Shown one piece after another: positions 1 to 9,822 of a stretch of DNA of 38,563 bases. The translations under genes and the position numbers were made by a program. Within the stretch, counting starts at the first letter, position 1, and each line of letters starts with the position of its first letter. The notes below the pieces were generated by a model that saw nothing but the letters and a program-made list of their open reading frames with translations, was not told where the DNA came from and did no database searches. This DNA comes from an uncultured Deferribacteres bacterium (GTDB lineage: Bacteria > Zhuqueibacterota > Zhuqueibacteria > Zhuqueibacterales > Geothermadaptataceae): positions 1 to 38,563 of the forward strand of contig CAXHAT010000064.1 in the NCBI GenBank assembly GCA_964014485.1, given 5' to 3'.

Positions 1-1057
1 CAGGTTTTGACTGCTCCGGGTCAACGGACCAATCGACAAATTTGAAAGAACGTTGTGTGCCTGCTTTTTTAAGCAGTCTTCTCTCCCACGCCCCGCCGTC
101 CGCCCGAAAAAGGCGATAGTAAAAATCGTACGATTGCGAAATGTTCGGCGGTTTTGCGTCCTCAACTTTTGCGGCGAATTGCTCCAAGAAAACGGCGACT
201 TTTTCAACGCAATCAGATGTTTCTTTTGTCGGCGAGACTACGCCGTTATCGGTAAAAAAGCCGATCTTTAAATTCCTGATTTCCGCTTGGGCGAGACTCA
301 AAACAGGTACAGGCGCAACACTCGGATCGCGCCAATCCGGCCCCGCCAAAATAGAGAAAGCCAGCGCCAAATCCTCAACTTTGCGGGCGATGGGCCCGAC
401 ATGCGTCAGCAAATCCAGCGCGCCTCCGAACGGCACGACATGACCTGTGCGCGGTACGCGGCCTTGCGTCGGCTTTAATCCGGCCACGCCGCAAAAATGG
501 GCCGGTTGGCGAATGCTGCCGCCCGTATCGCTTCCAAGTTCCAAAGGCGAGCCAAATGCCGCGACAATGGCGGCCGCACCGCCGCTGCTGCCGCCCGGAG
601 AATGTGCGAGATTATGCGGGTTTTTGGTTAATCCGTAAACATCGTTATCGGTTGAAAAAGAAAGCGTTAGTTCCGGCGTGTTGGTTTTTCCCAAGATTAT
701 TGCGCCTGCTTTTCGGAGACGTTTTACTGCCGTCGCGTCAGCTTTTGGCACAAAATTTTTCCGCCCCATTGTCCCGCCTGCGCTGATCATCCCCGCCACA
801 TCGAAAGAATCTTTGACGGTCATCGGAACGCCGTGCAGCGGCCCTGTTTTTTCGCCGTTGGCCAATCGTTTGTCCGCCGCTCTTGCCGCTTCCAGCGCGC
901 CCTCAGAGTCTAAAAAAACAACAGCATTCAGCGCAGGATTGATTCTGGCAATTTGTTTTAAATGCGCTTCAACAGCGGCTTCCGATGAGAGTTCATCGTT
1001 TCGGATTCTTTCCCCAAGCAACGAGGCGGAAAGTCGAATGATTTGGTCGGGTTTCAT
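1..1057 (-). CDS. Amidase signature (AS) family amidase, 3' end cut by the window edge
   Basis: Absent from the ORF track because there is no stop in the window. Manual translation from ATG at 1057 gives MKPDQIIRLSASLLGERIRNDELSSEAAVEAHL...GPLHGVPMTVKDSFDVAG...GAIILGKTNTPE...NPHNLAHSPGGSSGGAAA...LGSDTGGSIRQPAHFCGVAGLKPTQGRV, with the Lys, GGSSGG and GSDTGGS motifs of the Ser-cisSer-Lys triad. Confidence 0.93.
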   Translation of the reverse strand, partial: MKPDQIIRLSASLLGERIRNDELSSEAAVEAHLKQIARINPALNAVVFLDSEGALEAARAADKRLANGEKTGPLHGVPMTVKDSFDVAGMISAGGTMGRKNFVPKADATAVKRLRKAGAIILGKTNTPELTLSFSTDNDVYGLTKNPHNLAHSPGGSSGGAAAIVAAFGSPLELGSDTGGSIRQPAHFCGVAGLKPTQGRVPRTGHVVPFGGALDLLTHVGPIARKVEDLALAFSILAGPDWRDPSVAPVPVLSLAQAEIRNLKIGFFTDNGVVSPTKETSDCVEKVAVFLEQFAAKVEDAKPPNISQSYDFYYRLFRADGGAWERRLLKKAGTQRSFKFVDWSVDPEQSKP

Positions 1058-1084
1058 TAAGTGATAAATGTCAAAATATAAATC

Positions 1085-1112
1085 GTAGAGACGAGATGCA
1101 TCGCGTCTCTAC
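1085..1112. repeat. GTAG-type REP-like palindrome
   Basis: GTAGAGACGAGATGCATCGCGTCTCTAC, 28 bp, self-complementary at 13 of 14 pairs, intergenic between xylB and the amidase. Confidence 0.8.
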
Positions 1113-1129
1113 CAGTTTCGCGCCCCAGA

Positions 1130-2635
1130 TTAGTTATAGGTCTCGGCCAGCGCTGAATTCACCGCTTGGTACTTCTCATAAATTTCATCATAAGCTGCAA
1201 CGTGCTGAGCGTTCGGTTCGCAGCGCGATTCTTTGTTTAATGAAACGAATTGCTCCGTGATTTCCGGCAGCTTCGTGTTTTTTCCTGACGCCCGTTCAAA
1301 ACACCAAAACGCCTGCAACGCGGCGCCAAATGCTCCGGCTTCTTGCGTAACCGGACAAACCACCGGCGCGTTAAAAACGTCGGCGACGATTTGCCGCCAA
1401 ATCGCGCTTTTCGATCCCCCGCCGACCAACCGAATTTCCTTTGGCTCGATTCCATTTCGTTTCAAAACGTCCAGGCCGTAGCGCAAACCAAACGTCGCGC
1501 CTTCCATCGCAGCCCGAGATATATTTTGAGAATTGTAATTTGAAGCGTTGAGGCCGTGCAATGAAGCGGTCGCATTCGGCAGCGCGGGGGTGCGTTCGCC
1601 GTTAAAATAAGGCAGCATTAAAACGCCGTCCGCTCCAACCGGAGAAGCGGCGATTTTGTCGTTCAACACCGACACGTCATCTTCGAAAAGCGCGCGCGTC
1701 AATTCCGTGGCGACGGTGACGTTCATGGTGCAAACCAGCGGCAGCCAGTGACCGTCACTGGAGCAAAACGAGGCCAATTCGCCTTGCTCGTCGACGATTG
1801 GCGTTTCAGAAAAACTGTAGATCGTCCCCGAAGTGCCGAGCGACATCGTGACGACGCCGGGCTTGACGTTGCCTGCGCCAATCGCCGCCATCATGTTGTC
1901 GCCGCCGCCGGAAGAAACGACGACTTCCCGCGACAACCCCAGTTTTTCTGCTGCGTTAGCGCGCAGCCTGCCAACCGGTTGATCCGAGCCGATGATTTTC
2001 GGCACGCATTCGGCGAGCTTGCCGCTGTCGTCAATCGCGCGCAACACGTCCGGCGAATAACTGCGTGAATGCACGTCAAAATAAGCTGTTCCTGAAGCGT
2101 CGCCGCATTCAGCCCGCATTTCGCCGGTCAGCCAGAAATTGATGTAATCGTGCGGCAGGAGAACGGCCTGCATCTTGTCGTAGTTTTCAGGTTCGTGCTT
2201 TTTCAGCCAGGCGATTTTAGAAGCGGTAAAGCCGACTGCGATGCTGTTGCCGATGCCCGCAATCACCGCGGACTCGCCGCCCAGAGCTTCGGTGATTTCC
2301 CGCGCTTCCGCGTCGGTTTCCGTGTCGCACCAGAGCTTTGCCGGACGGATGACGTTGCCGTCGCGATCCAATGGCACGCAGCCATGCTGCTGCCCTGAAA
2401 CGCCGATTCCGAGAACTTGCGCAGGGTCCGCGCCTGATGTGTGGACGGCTTCGCGAATCGTCGCGATCACCGCTTCAATCCACAAATGCGGCTCCTGCTC
2501 TTTTTTGCCGTTCGGCCCTTCAATCATGGGGTAGGCGCGGTATGATGCGGCCAAAACCTTCTTTTGCTTCACGCTGACGATAACGGCTTTCGTCCCTTGC
2601 GTTCCGCTATCGACGCCGATGAAATATTGATCCAT
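1130..2635 (-). CDS. xylB: Xylulokinase (FGGY carbohydrate kinase)
   Basis: IGVDSGTQGTK, GVSGQQHG, AKLWCDT, GDASGT, GGGDNMMAAIG, SLGTSG, PYFNGERTP and GGGSKS motifs; 501 aa. Confidence 0.85.
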   Translation of the reverse strand: MDQYFIGVDSGTQGTKAVIVSVKQKKVLAASYRAYPMIEGPNGKKEQEPHLWIEAVIATIREAVHTSGADPAQVLGIGVSGQQHGCVPLDRDGNVIRPAKLWCDTETDAEAREITEALGGESAVIAGIGNSIAVGFTASKIAWLKKHEPENYDKMQAVLLPHDYINFWLTGEMRAECGDASGTAYFDVHSRSYSPDVLRAIDDSGKLAECVPKIIGSDQPVGRLRANAAEKLGLSREVVVSSGGGDNMMAAIGAGNVKPGVVTMSLGTSGTIYSFSETPIVDEQGELASFCSSDGHWLPLVCTMNVTVATELTRALFEDDVSVLNDKIAASPVGADGVLMLPYFNGERTPALPNATASLHGLNASNYNSQNISRAAMEGATFGLRYGLDVLKRNGIEPKEIRLVGGGSKSAIWRQIVADVFNAPVVCPVTQEAGAFGAALQAFWCFERASGKNTKLPEITEQFVSLNKESRCEPNAQHVAAYDEIYEKYQAVNSALAETYN

Positions 2636-3001
2636 TTACGCTTCTCGCAAAATTTTCTCCATCTTCCTGCCTCTCGCCAATTCGTCTACCAACTTGTCCA
2701 AGTACCTTGCTTGTTTTGTTAAAGGCGTTTCGATTTCTTCAATCCGATAGCCGCAAATGACCCCGGTAATGAGATGGGCGTTTGGATTCAAAGTTGCTTT
2801 CGAATAGAATGTTTCAATAGTCGCCTTTTCGTCAATAAGATACTGAAGGGTCTTGGCGTCAAACCCCGTCAGCCACTCAATAACTTGATGCAATTCTTCT
2901 TTCGTCCTTCCTTTCTTCTCTACTTTGGTGACGTAGTGCGGATATATCGATGAAAATGTCATTTTTGCGACGCGTGCATCGTGTTCCGGAGTTGTTTTCA
3001 T
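2636..3001 (-). CDS. DUF2200 family protein
   Basis: MTFSSIYPHYVTKVEKKGRTKEELHQVIEWLTG...ITGVICGYRIEEIE...RYLDKLVDELARG recognised as DUF2200. Its stop directly abuts the xylB ATG (TAAATG). Confidence 0.88.
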   Translation of the reverse strand: MKTTPEHDARVAKMTFSSIYPHYVTKVEKKGRTKEELHQVIEWLTGFDAKTLQYLIDEKATIETFYSKATLNPNAHLITGVICGYRIEEIETPLTKQARYLDKLVDELARGRKMEKILREA

Positions 3002-3120
3002 ACTGTTTTAACCTTTCTTAGTTGTTCCATTTTGTCCTCCTGGGAATTTTCATCTCAAAGTCATCCAGAACTTCCGAATCGCTTCGACAACAATTTTGAA
3101 GGGCATTTACAATATCCCTC

Positions 3121-3235
3121 GGCTTGTCATTCTGGAAAGCCGAAGGCCGGCGAAGTAAAATCTTTGTTATCGCCCAGTAAAGATTACGTTCAATTTCCAA
3201 GGGGATAGATAAAAAAAGCCGCCTACAACATGACG
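3121..3235. repeat. Degenerate TGTCAT...ATGAC palindromic element, inverted homolog of 9845-9942
   Basis: The reverse complement aligns along its length with 9845-9942, including exact 14-mers CGATAACAAAGATT and CAGAATGACAAGCC. Confidence 0.75.
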
Positions 3236-3307
3236 TTCATAAGAAAATCCAGGTTGATCGACGGTCTTCTGGATGCGCCTTATCATGGCGTTGAGCCTGA
3301 GTTTCAA

Positions 3308-4711
3308 TCACAACTTGAGAAAGCTCCACTCTTTTGAAAACGGAATCCGGCTCATTAAAACGCCGCCGTTTTGGGTCACCAGAAGGTTATCGCTCGGATT
3401 CACGCCGATCCCGTTTTTGGCGTCGTACAACCCCGGTTCTACGCTAAAGGTCATGCCAACTTCGAGCGGCGTATCATCGCCGAGAGAAATATACGGCGGT
3501 TGGTGTCCTTGAAAATTCTGCCCGCTGCCGTGCGCCGGACGATGGTAAATGTAATCCTGCATTCCGTTCTTAACTTGGTAGTCGTGAATTTTAAACGCCA
3601 CTTCCGAACACAAAACGCCCGGCTTGCTTTCTTCAACTTGAATCTGCACACAATCCGCCACGACCTGCCACATTTTTTCCTGATGCGGCGTCCAAGGCGC
3701 GATTTGATAGTTGCGGTATCCTTCTCCGCCGTAGCCGCCAAGTTTAATGTCGGTGTTTATATAGACCGGCTGGCCCTTTTGAATCTTGTTGTAGAAAAAT
3801 TGGTTGGGATGCGGGTAAGCCGTTGAAACGCCGGCGCGAACGTATTCCGCCGTCACTTCCATGCCGACGGCGCTGTGCGGCTTGCCGTCATGATCAATCG
3901 CATTCATGAGCAAATTCATACCGTAGGTTTGCAGCGCCTGACCGACCTCAAAATCCGTCGCATCCGTTCCGCGTTCGAGAATGTAATCTCGTGCAAAAGC
4001 GTGAACCTTATCGAAAAACCGATATGCGCGTTGGGTCAGCGCAATCTCCTCCGGCATTTTAATGATGCGCATTTTTAGGCACGTGTTTGCAATCTCGACA
4101 AACTTTGAATTTGGAAGAACTTTCCTGGCCGTCGCCAATTGCTCAGGATAGAGCTTGACGTCTATACCGATAGTTTTGCCGTCCAGACCACGTTTTTTCA
4201 GACCTTGCAGCATCCATTCAAAAAGATCAACGCGTTCCCCTCGCCGAACCTCGCCTTTGTTTGGAAAACCGCCTTCAGCGTGGGGATAACAAAAATAATA
4301 TTCATTCTCTGTACACCACCACGAAGTAATGAGGTCGCGATCCAGCCCCGGCGAATACCAATAGACCGTGTCTTTCTCTTCCACTGGAAACAGCGCCCAG
4401 GTCGTTCTTTCGCCGCTGCCGCGAAAACAGCCGGTGAAGTAAACGATATTGTGATCCGTTTGGAGAAGAACCGCATCGACGCCATCTGCTGAAACCTTGT
4501 CTTTGAGACGCTGCGCCGTATTCTGGTACCACTTCAGCGGCAATCGATCCACGCCGTCGGGCGCAGGCGCAGGCTGTCCCGAACGGTCGATAAGTAACGC
4601 TTCCGAACCGTCGCTCATTTTTGGCAACGCTGCCAGTTTTTCGGCGGCCACTCCGGAAGCCGCTAACCCCAGTCCCACATTTTTAATAAAATTTCTTCGC
4701 GAAAGACTCAC
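3308..4711 (-). CDS. Tat-exported M24 (Xaa-Pro peptidase/creatinase fold) hydrolase
   Basis: GTG start with GGAGG RBS; SRRNFIK twin-arginine signal; RIIKMPEEI, HRPAHGSG and FSVEPGLY pita-bread fold motifs. Confidence 0.85.
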   Translation of the reverse strand: MSLSRRNFIKNVGLGLAASGVAAEKLAALPKMSDGSEALLIDRSGQPAPAPDGVDRLPLKWYQNTAQRLKDKVSADGVDAVLLQTDHNIVYFTGCFRGSGERTTWALFPVEEKDTVYWYSPGLDRDLITSWWCTENEYYFCYPHAEGGFPNKGEVRRGERVDLFEWMLQGLKKRGLDGKTIGIDVKLYPEQLATARKVLPNSKFVEIANTCLKMRIIKMPEEIALTQRAYRFFDKVHAFARDYILERGTDATDFEVGQALQTYGMNLLMNAIDHDGKPHSAVGMEVTAEYVRAGVSTAYPHPNQFFYNKIQKGQPVYINTDIKLGGYGGEGYRNYQIAPWTPHQEKMWQVVADCVQIQVEESKPGVLCSEVAFKIHDYQVKNGMQDYIYHRPAHGSGQNFQGHQPPYISLGDDTPLEVGMTFSVEPGLYDAKNGIGVNPSDNLLVTQNGGVLMSRIPFSKEWSFLKL

Positions 4712-4747
4712 GATACGCCTCCAATTCTTGATTGGTAAAATGACAGG

Positions 4748-5935
4748 TCAAGGCAGTTTGGCGAGGTAAGAACGAGCGATTTGGTTATCAGGCTGGTACT
4801 TCAAGACATGCTCCCATGAATCGCGGGCAAGGGCAAATTCCTTCGACAACGCATAGACAATCCCCAAGTTGAGCCAAGCATCAACACGCGTGGAATCTTG
4901 TGTAAGTATTTGGCGAAATTGCCCGATGGCCTGCGTGGTGTCGCCGCGAATCAGGCAGAGCGTCGCCACATTGTTTCGGATTTCCGCATTGCCCGGCGCC
5001 AAATAAAGCGCGACTTTGTAGGCGTGCATGGCGTCATTATAACGCCCCGCGCGCCGGAGCATGACGCCAAGCTGCGCGTGCGCAAACGGATCGTTTGGCA
5101 CGGCGCGCACCGTATTTTCCAGGTGCTCGATTTTTGCGTCCAGTGCGCGAACTTTTTCCGCCTGATCCAGAAATTTTTGCGCTTCATCCTCGCGTCCCAA
5201 CCGCGCCAAAGCTTGCCCCAAATTGTAAAGAGCGCCGTGGCGCCACGGCCATTTTTCCGCCACCTTCTCTAGTAGCGGCGCTCCTTCGTCGGGCTTGCCG
5301 TTTTTCACCAAAAGCGCGCCGACGGTGTATTGATATTCCGTGTTTTCCGGTTCAAGATTGAGCGCCTTCCGCGCATTTTTGAGCGCGGCTTTCAACTCGC
5401 CTTCGTCCTCAAGCAAAAGGCCAAGACTGAAATAAGCCGGGGCGTAGAGACTATCAATGGCGATTGCTTTATTGAACGCAATTTGCGCGCTGTCAACATT
5501 CCCAAGCTCCACGTAAGTCCGCCCCAAGCCGCGCCAGGGGATGGCCGCATCGTTGGCGGCCAGTTCTTTCTGATAAAGTGAAATTGACTTTGTGTATTCC
5601 TGCTCCCGAAAAGCGTTGTTCGCGAGATTATTCCAAAGACCGCGATAGTTCGGGTCGAGCTCCATCGTCTTGAAATATTCCGTTTCAGCTTCGGAAAAAC
5701 GTCCAAGCTCGGAAAGAATGCGCGCGCGCAAAAAGTGCGTGTTTGGATCGGAGGGCGACAATTGAACGGCGGAATCATTTAGTGCTAGCGCCTGGTGAAA
5801 CTCGTGCTGTTTCAACGCATTGGTGCTTTGCTGCAAAAGCACGCCGACATTCGGGTCTCTTCGGGCCGGTTCTTCATTTTTGCAACCATTCAAGCCGATA
5901 CAGATAAAGCTCAAAATCAAAACAAATATTCTCAT
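4748..5935 (-). CDS. TPR-repeat lipoprotein
   Basis: Multiple TPR motifs (AYFSLG, ALYNLGQAL, AWLNLGIVY). Start moved from 6121 to ATG 5935 (MRIFVLILSFICIGLNGC, lipobox-like) because the extension runs through a palindromic element. Confidence 0.85.
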   Translation of the reverse strand: MRIFVLILSFICIGLNGCKNEEPARRDPNVGVLLQQSTNALKQHEFHQALALNDSAVQLSPSDPNTHFLRARILSELGRFSEAETEYFKTMELDPNYRGLWNNLANNAFREQEYTKSISLYQKELAANDAAIPWRGLGRTYVELGNVDSAQIAFNKAIAIDSLYAPAYFSLGLLLEDEGELKAALKNARKALNLEPENTEYQYTVGALLVKNGKPDEGAPLLEKVAEKWPWRHGALYNLGQALARLGREDEAQKFLDQAEKVRALDAKIEHLENTVRAVPNDPFAHAQLGVMLRRAGRYNDAMHAYKVALYLAPGNAEIRNNVATLCLIRGDTTQAIGQFRQILTQDSTRVDAWLNLGIVYALSKEFALARDSWEHVLKYQPDNQIARSYLAKLP

Positions 5936-5955
5936 GAAACGGCAGTCTTTCAGCT

Positions 5956-6176
5956 TGTCATTTCGAGCGGAATTTTCTTCATGCCCAGAAGCTGTTAAAG
6001 GAACGAAATCTTGTTTTCGAAAAATACTCCAAGAATTCGGAGTGAGGAACCTCAGCCGCGTCTTTATGAACGCCTGAGATTTCTCGCTCAAAACTCTCGA
6101 AAAGTTTACTTTTATAGTCATGGTTCAGGATTATCAATAAAATCTGTTCGGAGACAAAAATTCGCTCGAAATGACA
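5956..6176. repeat. 221 bp MITE/REP-like element with perfect 14 bp terminal inverted repeats
   Basis: TGTCATTTCGAGCG (5956-5969) and CGCTCGAAATGACA (6163-6176); internal imperfect inverted repeat GAGGAACCTCAG / CTGAGATTTCTC. Confidence 0.8.
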
Positions 6177-6222
6177 TACCGGGAAAAACTACGAAAAATT
6201 TCTTTAGACAATGCCGCCCTGC

Positions 6223-7977
6223 TTATTTTCGCTCAATCAAATGCGTTTGCCCGCCCGGTAAATCAGTCAAATGCTGCACATGCCCGTCAGGCCAAAAAAT
6301 GGAAACTGAGTCCGCTTTTGAGGCTGCGCCTAAACCAAAAGTATGGGTTTTCTCAAAATTCGACAAAAAGCTTGAGCCGGTGCGGGTCATTCGTTCCATC
6401 TTCTGTTCCCCCGTTTTCACAACAACGCGAGCGCCTAAAGCGTCCCTATTTCCCCCCTCGCCGCGCAGCGATATTCTCAAGAAATTGTTTCCCGTTTCGG
6501 AATCATTGCACCACAAATGCGCCGGGCCGCCGTTCTCAGTGACGAGAATGTCAAGGTCACCGTCATTGTCATAATCCGCGTAAGCCGCGCCTCGTCCGAC
6601 GAGATTTTTGGCAAAAACGCCGCCGATCTCCATCCCGAGGTCTCGAAATTGACCGTCGCCGTCGTTCACAAAAATATGGGGCGGTTCGCGGTAGCTAATG
6701 CCGTCTTGCGTGACTTCAATGTCTTCCTGTACGTGTCCGTTCGCAGCAAATAAATCGAGGTCGCCGTCCAAATCCACGTCGAATAGAAACAGACCGAACG
6801 TCAGCGTGAGCAGGCTAGGCCTTCCAATTTTTGAGACTGCGGCGCGCTCCGCGAAAAAACCGTTTCCGGCATAGCGAAAAACACCGATCATTTCCTTTGA
6901 AAAATGCCCGACAAAAACGGTTTCTTCCCCGCTCTCGTCCACGACTCCTGCGTCGATGCCCATGCCTGCACGAGCACGTCCGTTTTCGTCATAGGCCAAG
7001 CCGCTCATCGCACCCTTTTCGGCAAAAGTTCCGTCACCGTTGTTTTCGAACAGCAGATCGCGCTGGGTGTCGTTTGCAACCGCCACGTCTATCCAGCCGT
7101 CGCGATTGTAGTCGAAGGCGACCATGCCAAGCGTTTTCCCTGGGGACGGCAGGAATCCAGCTTGCTCTGTCTGGTCGGAAAAAGTGCCGTCGCCGTTGTT
7201 GCGGTAAAATCTTCCCGGCAGTCCTTTGTAAAGCTCTGGCGTGCAATAACTTTTGGTTTTGCCGTCGAGAGTACAGAACAAATCCGTGGCCGGCGACCAA
7301 TCGACGTATGTCCCGGCGTACAAGTCGAGCCAGCCGTCATTGTCGGCGTCAAAAAACATGGCGGAACTGCTCCAGAGCTCGCCGCCGTCCACGCCCGCTT
7401 TTTCCCCGACTTCAGTAAAAACGCCGTCGTCGTTCCTAAAAAGCATGTCCGGGCCGAGGACGGTAAAATAGAAATCTTCGTCGCCGTCGTTGTCATAATC
7501 GGCGCAGGTCACGCCGAATCCGTAGGCTTCAATTCCGCCAAGCCCGGCTTCTTCCGTCACCAGCGAAAACGCGCCGTTTTTGTCGTTGCGATAAAGCCAG
7601 AGCGCCGGAACCGGGCTGTCAGCTCGCGGCTCCCAACGACCGCCGCCAACGAGCAAAATGTCCTGCCAGCCGTCGCCGTTGTAATCGATGAACCCGCACC
7701 CCGCCCCCATCGCCTCCGGAAACCACCTGTCGCCAACAGCGCCGGTTTCATGCACAAATTGATCAAGGCCGGCGTTTTGAGTCACGTCGGTAAATTGAAT
7801 AGCTGTTTTTTTGGCATTTTCAGTAGACGGAGGGGGGACATCTGTGGTCGAAGAATCGCAGCCTAAGGAAAAACCGGCGAAAAACGCGGCCAAAATCCAT
7901 GCGGCGTTATTTGACAACTCGTTCTTGTTGATACGCTCTGAGAATCGAGGCGCCAAAGGCAAAATATATTCACCCAC
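6223..7977 (-). CDS. CRTAC1-like FG-GAP beta-propeller + ASPIC/UnbV domain lipoprotein
   Basis: Repeated DYDNDGDxD Ca-binding motifs; C-terminal GNRDALGARV...GSSFLS...HTFGLG...SIFWPDG ASPIC/UnbV signature; FSLGC lipobox-like. Exact start uncertain. Confidence 0.9.
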   Translation of the reverse strand: MGEYILPLAPRFSERINKNELSNNAAWILAAFFAGFSLGCDSSTTDVPPPSTENAKKTAIQFTDVTQNAGLDQFVHETGAVGDRWFPEAMGAGCGFIDYNGDGWQDILLVGGGRWEPRADSPVPALWLYRNDKNGAFSLVTEEAGLGGIEAYGFGVTCADYDNDGDEDFYFTVLGPDMLFRNDDGVFTEVGEKAGVDGGELWSSSAMFFDADNDGWLDLYAGTYVDWSPATDLFCTLDGKTKSYCTPELYKGLPGRFYRNNGDGTFSDQTEQAGFLPSPGKTLGMVAFDYNRDGWIDVAVANDTQRDLLFENNGDGTFAEKGAMSGLAYDENGRARAGMGIDAGVVDESGEETVFVGHFSKEMIGVFRYAGNGFFAERAAVSKIGRPSLLTLTFGLFLFDVDLDGDLDLFAANGHVQEDIEVTQDGISYREPPHIFVNDGDGQFRDLGMEIGGVFAKNLVGRGAAYADYDNDGDLDILVTENGGPAHLWCNDSETGNNFLRISLRGEGGNRDALGARVVVKTGEQKMERMTRTGSSFLSNFEKTHTFGLGAASKADSVSIFWPDGHVQHLTDLPGGQTHLIERK

Positions 7978-8010
7978 GCCTTTCCTCGCGAATTTTTGAG
8001 AAAATGTAGT

Positions 8011-9780
8011 TCACTTCAACAACAACATTTTTTGGGGTTCTGAAGCTTGGCGAGAATTTTCGGTCTGAATAAAAATTTGATAGAAATAAACGCCGGAAGC
8101 GACGCGCGAGCCATCGTTAGCATTGGAATGCCATACAATCGTATGCTCCCCTGCCCGCTCGACGCCGCGATCTATTTGACGAATGATTCTCCCCGAAATA
8201 TCGGAGATTTTCAATGCAACGCGGCTCTGCTGAGGCAAAGAATAGCGAATTTCCGTTGACGGATTGAAAGGATTTGGAAAGTTTTGTGAAACGCTGAATT
8301 CTTTCGGAAGCAGGGAAATGTTTTCGCCAATCGAAGTCGTCTCGGCAGGCTCGGTAATTTTGAGCAGTTGGTTAATCGCAACGTTTTCAAGGGTTTGAAC
8401 TGTGCCCGAAGGCCAGTGAACGACTATTTTATCAACGATCTGACCGCGCTCCAAACCAAATTCCAATTCTAACGGATGCATGGACGCATAACTTGAACCA
8501 GCGCGCACTTCGTCAATTTGAGTAACGCCGCCCGCTGTCACCTCCACGCGTGCACCAACGGCGCTGCGATTGCTGAGAACGCCTTCGAGCTTCAATGTGA
8601 TCCAATTGTTGGAACCGCCTTTGTTCAAAAAGAGCGCGCTTTTGCCGCGCAGGACGCAGACGAAAAATATGTCAAGATAACCGTCGCGGTTAAAATCGGC
8701 GCTCACGCTGCCCCGCCCGTCGCCGACAATGTCCAGACCAAATTCAGCCGCTTTTTCGGTAAACTTGCCGTTGCCATCGTTGACAAAGAAGGCATTGGGG
8801 CGATCAAGCTTCGAATCGAGCATGGCCCCGTTAATGACGTAGACGTCTTTGTCGCCGTCATTGTCGAAATCCATGAAATTTACGCCCCAGCCAACGCCCA
8901 GATTTTCGATTCCCGACTCGGTAGAAACATCCTGGAAAACGCCGTTGTCATTGCGGAAAAGCGGATCGTTGTAATAGTCGCCGATATAAAAATCGAAGTC
9001 GCCGTCGCTGTCATAATCGGCGAAATCGATTCCCATGCCGTCGGTCTCGCGTGAAATGGTTGAAGCGGTTATATCGGTAAACGTACCGTCGCCGTTATTG
9101 GCGAAAAATTGATCCATTTCAAATTCTTCGACAAGAAACAAATCCTGATCGCCGTCCAAATCATAATCGAAAAACGCCGCTTCAAGCCAGCGCCCGCTCA
9201 CGCCGACTCCCGCCGCTGCGGTGACGTTCGTGAAAGAGCCGTTGCCGTTATTGCGATAAAGGATGCTCGAATGTCTCGACGAACGGTTGAGTACATAAAT
9301 ATCCAGGTCGCCGTCGTTGTCGTAATCCACCATTGCAGCGCTTGAACCCGGCCCGTTGTCCGCGACTCCGGCGGGGACGGCAAAATCACGAAAAACGCCT
9401 GTGCCGTTGTTCAGATAAAGCCGGTTCGGCGCAGCAAAATTGGTCACGTAAAGGTCAAGATCGCCGTCGTTATCAACATCCCCGGCAACCACGCCGATGC
9501 TCAAATCTTCATCCGCAACACGGGCGGCTTTCCCAACCTCGGTAAATGTCGCGTCGCCGTTATTTAAGAACAAAAAATCGCCCTTGCCCCTGCCGTTCGG
9601 CACGTAGAGATCAAGGAAGCCGTCACCGTTGAAATCGCCGCACGCCACGCCGCCGCCATATTCATAGCCGACGTAATTATGGTCGATTCCGGCGGTCTGG
9701 GTGAAGTCGGTGAAGCGAGTTTGGGCGCAAAGCGCGTTTGCGGCAAGAATGATTGAGCAAGTTGCGATTATGTTTCTCAT
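8011..9780 (-). CDS. Secreted FG-GAP/ASPIC-UnbV protein with C-terminal T9SS type A-like (FlgD-Ig) sorting domain
   Basis: Signal peptide MRNIIATCSIILAANALCAQ (start moved to 9780); DFNGDG/DYDNDGD repeats; SNRSAVGARV...VHWPSG; tail QNFPNPFNPSTEIRYSLP...ASGVYFYQ...KMLLLK. Confidence 0.88.
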   Translation of the reverse strand: MRNIIATCSIILAANALCAQTRFTDFTQTAGIDHNYVGYEYGGGVACGDFNGDGFLDLYVPNGRGKGDFLFLNNGDATFTEVGKAARVADEDLSIGVVAGDVDNDGDLDLYVTNFAAPNRLYLNNGTGVFRDFAVPAGVADNGPGSSAAMVDYDNDGDLDIYVLNRSSRHSSILYRNNGNGSFTNVTAAAGVGVSGRWLEAAFFDYDLDGDQDLFLVEEFEMDQFFANNGDGTFTDITASTISRETDGMGIDFADYDSDGDFDFYIGDYYNDPLFRNDNGVFQDVSTESGIENLGVGWGVNFMDFDNDGDKDVYVINGAMLDSKLDRPNAFFVNDGNGKFTEKAAEFGLDIVGDGRGSVSADFNRDGYLDIFFVCVLRGKSALFLNKGGSNNWITLKLEGVLSNRSAVGARVEVTAGGVTQIDEVRAGSSYASMHPLELEFGLERGQIVDKIVVHWPSGTVQTLENVAINQLLKITEPAETTSIGENISLLPKEFSVSQNFPNPFNPSTEIRYSLPQQSRVALKISDISGRIIRQIDRGVERAGEHTIVWHSNANDGSRVASGVYFYQIFIQTENSRQASEPQKMLLLK

Positions 9781-9822
9781 GGTTTGCACCAATGTAACTC
9801 TGACAAGGTTCGGAACTCTATT

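Noticed and set aside
53..1064. Several plus-strand ORFs of 63-128 aa
   Set aside because: Antisense shadows of the minus-strand amidase, which the ORF track missed because it runs off the window.
3018..3200. 60 aa ORF between DUF2200 and the M24 gene
   Set aside because: It starts within a degenerate repeat element, has a TTG start and no recognisable motif.
5936..6121. N-terminal extensions in the ORF track (also 9781-9897, 16319-16432, 25789-25881, 35811-35906)
   Set aside because: They precede clear signal peptides (several with a strong RBS) and in three cases read through palindromic elements; downstream ATGs are better starts.
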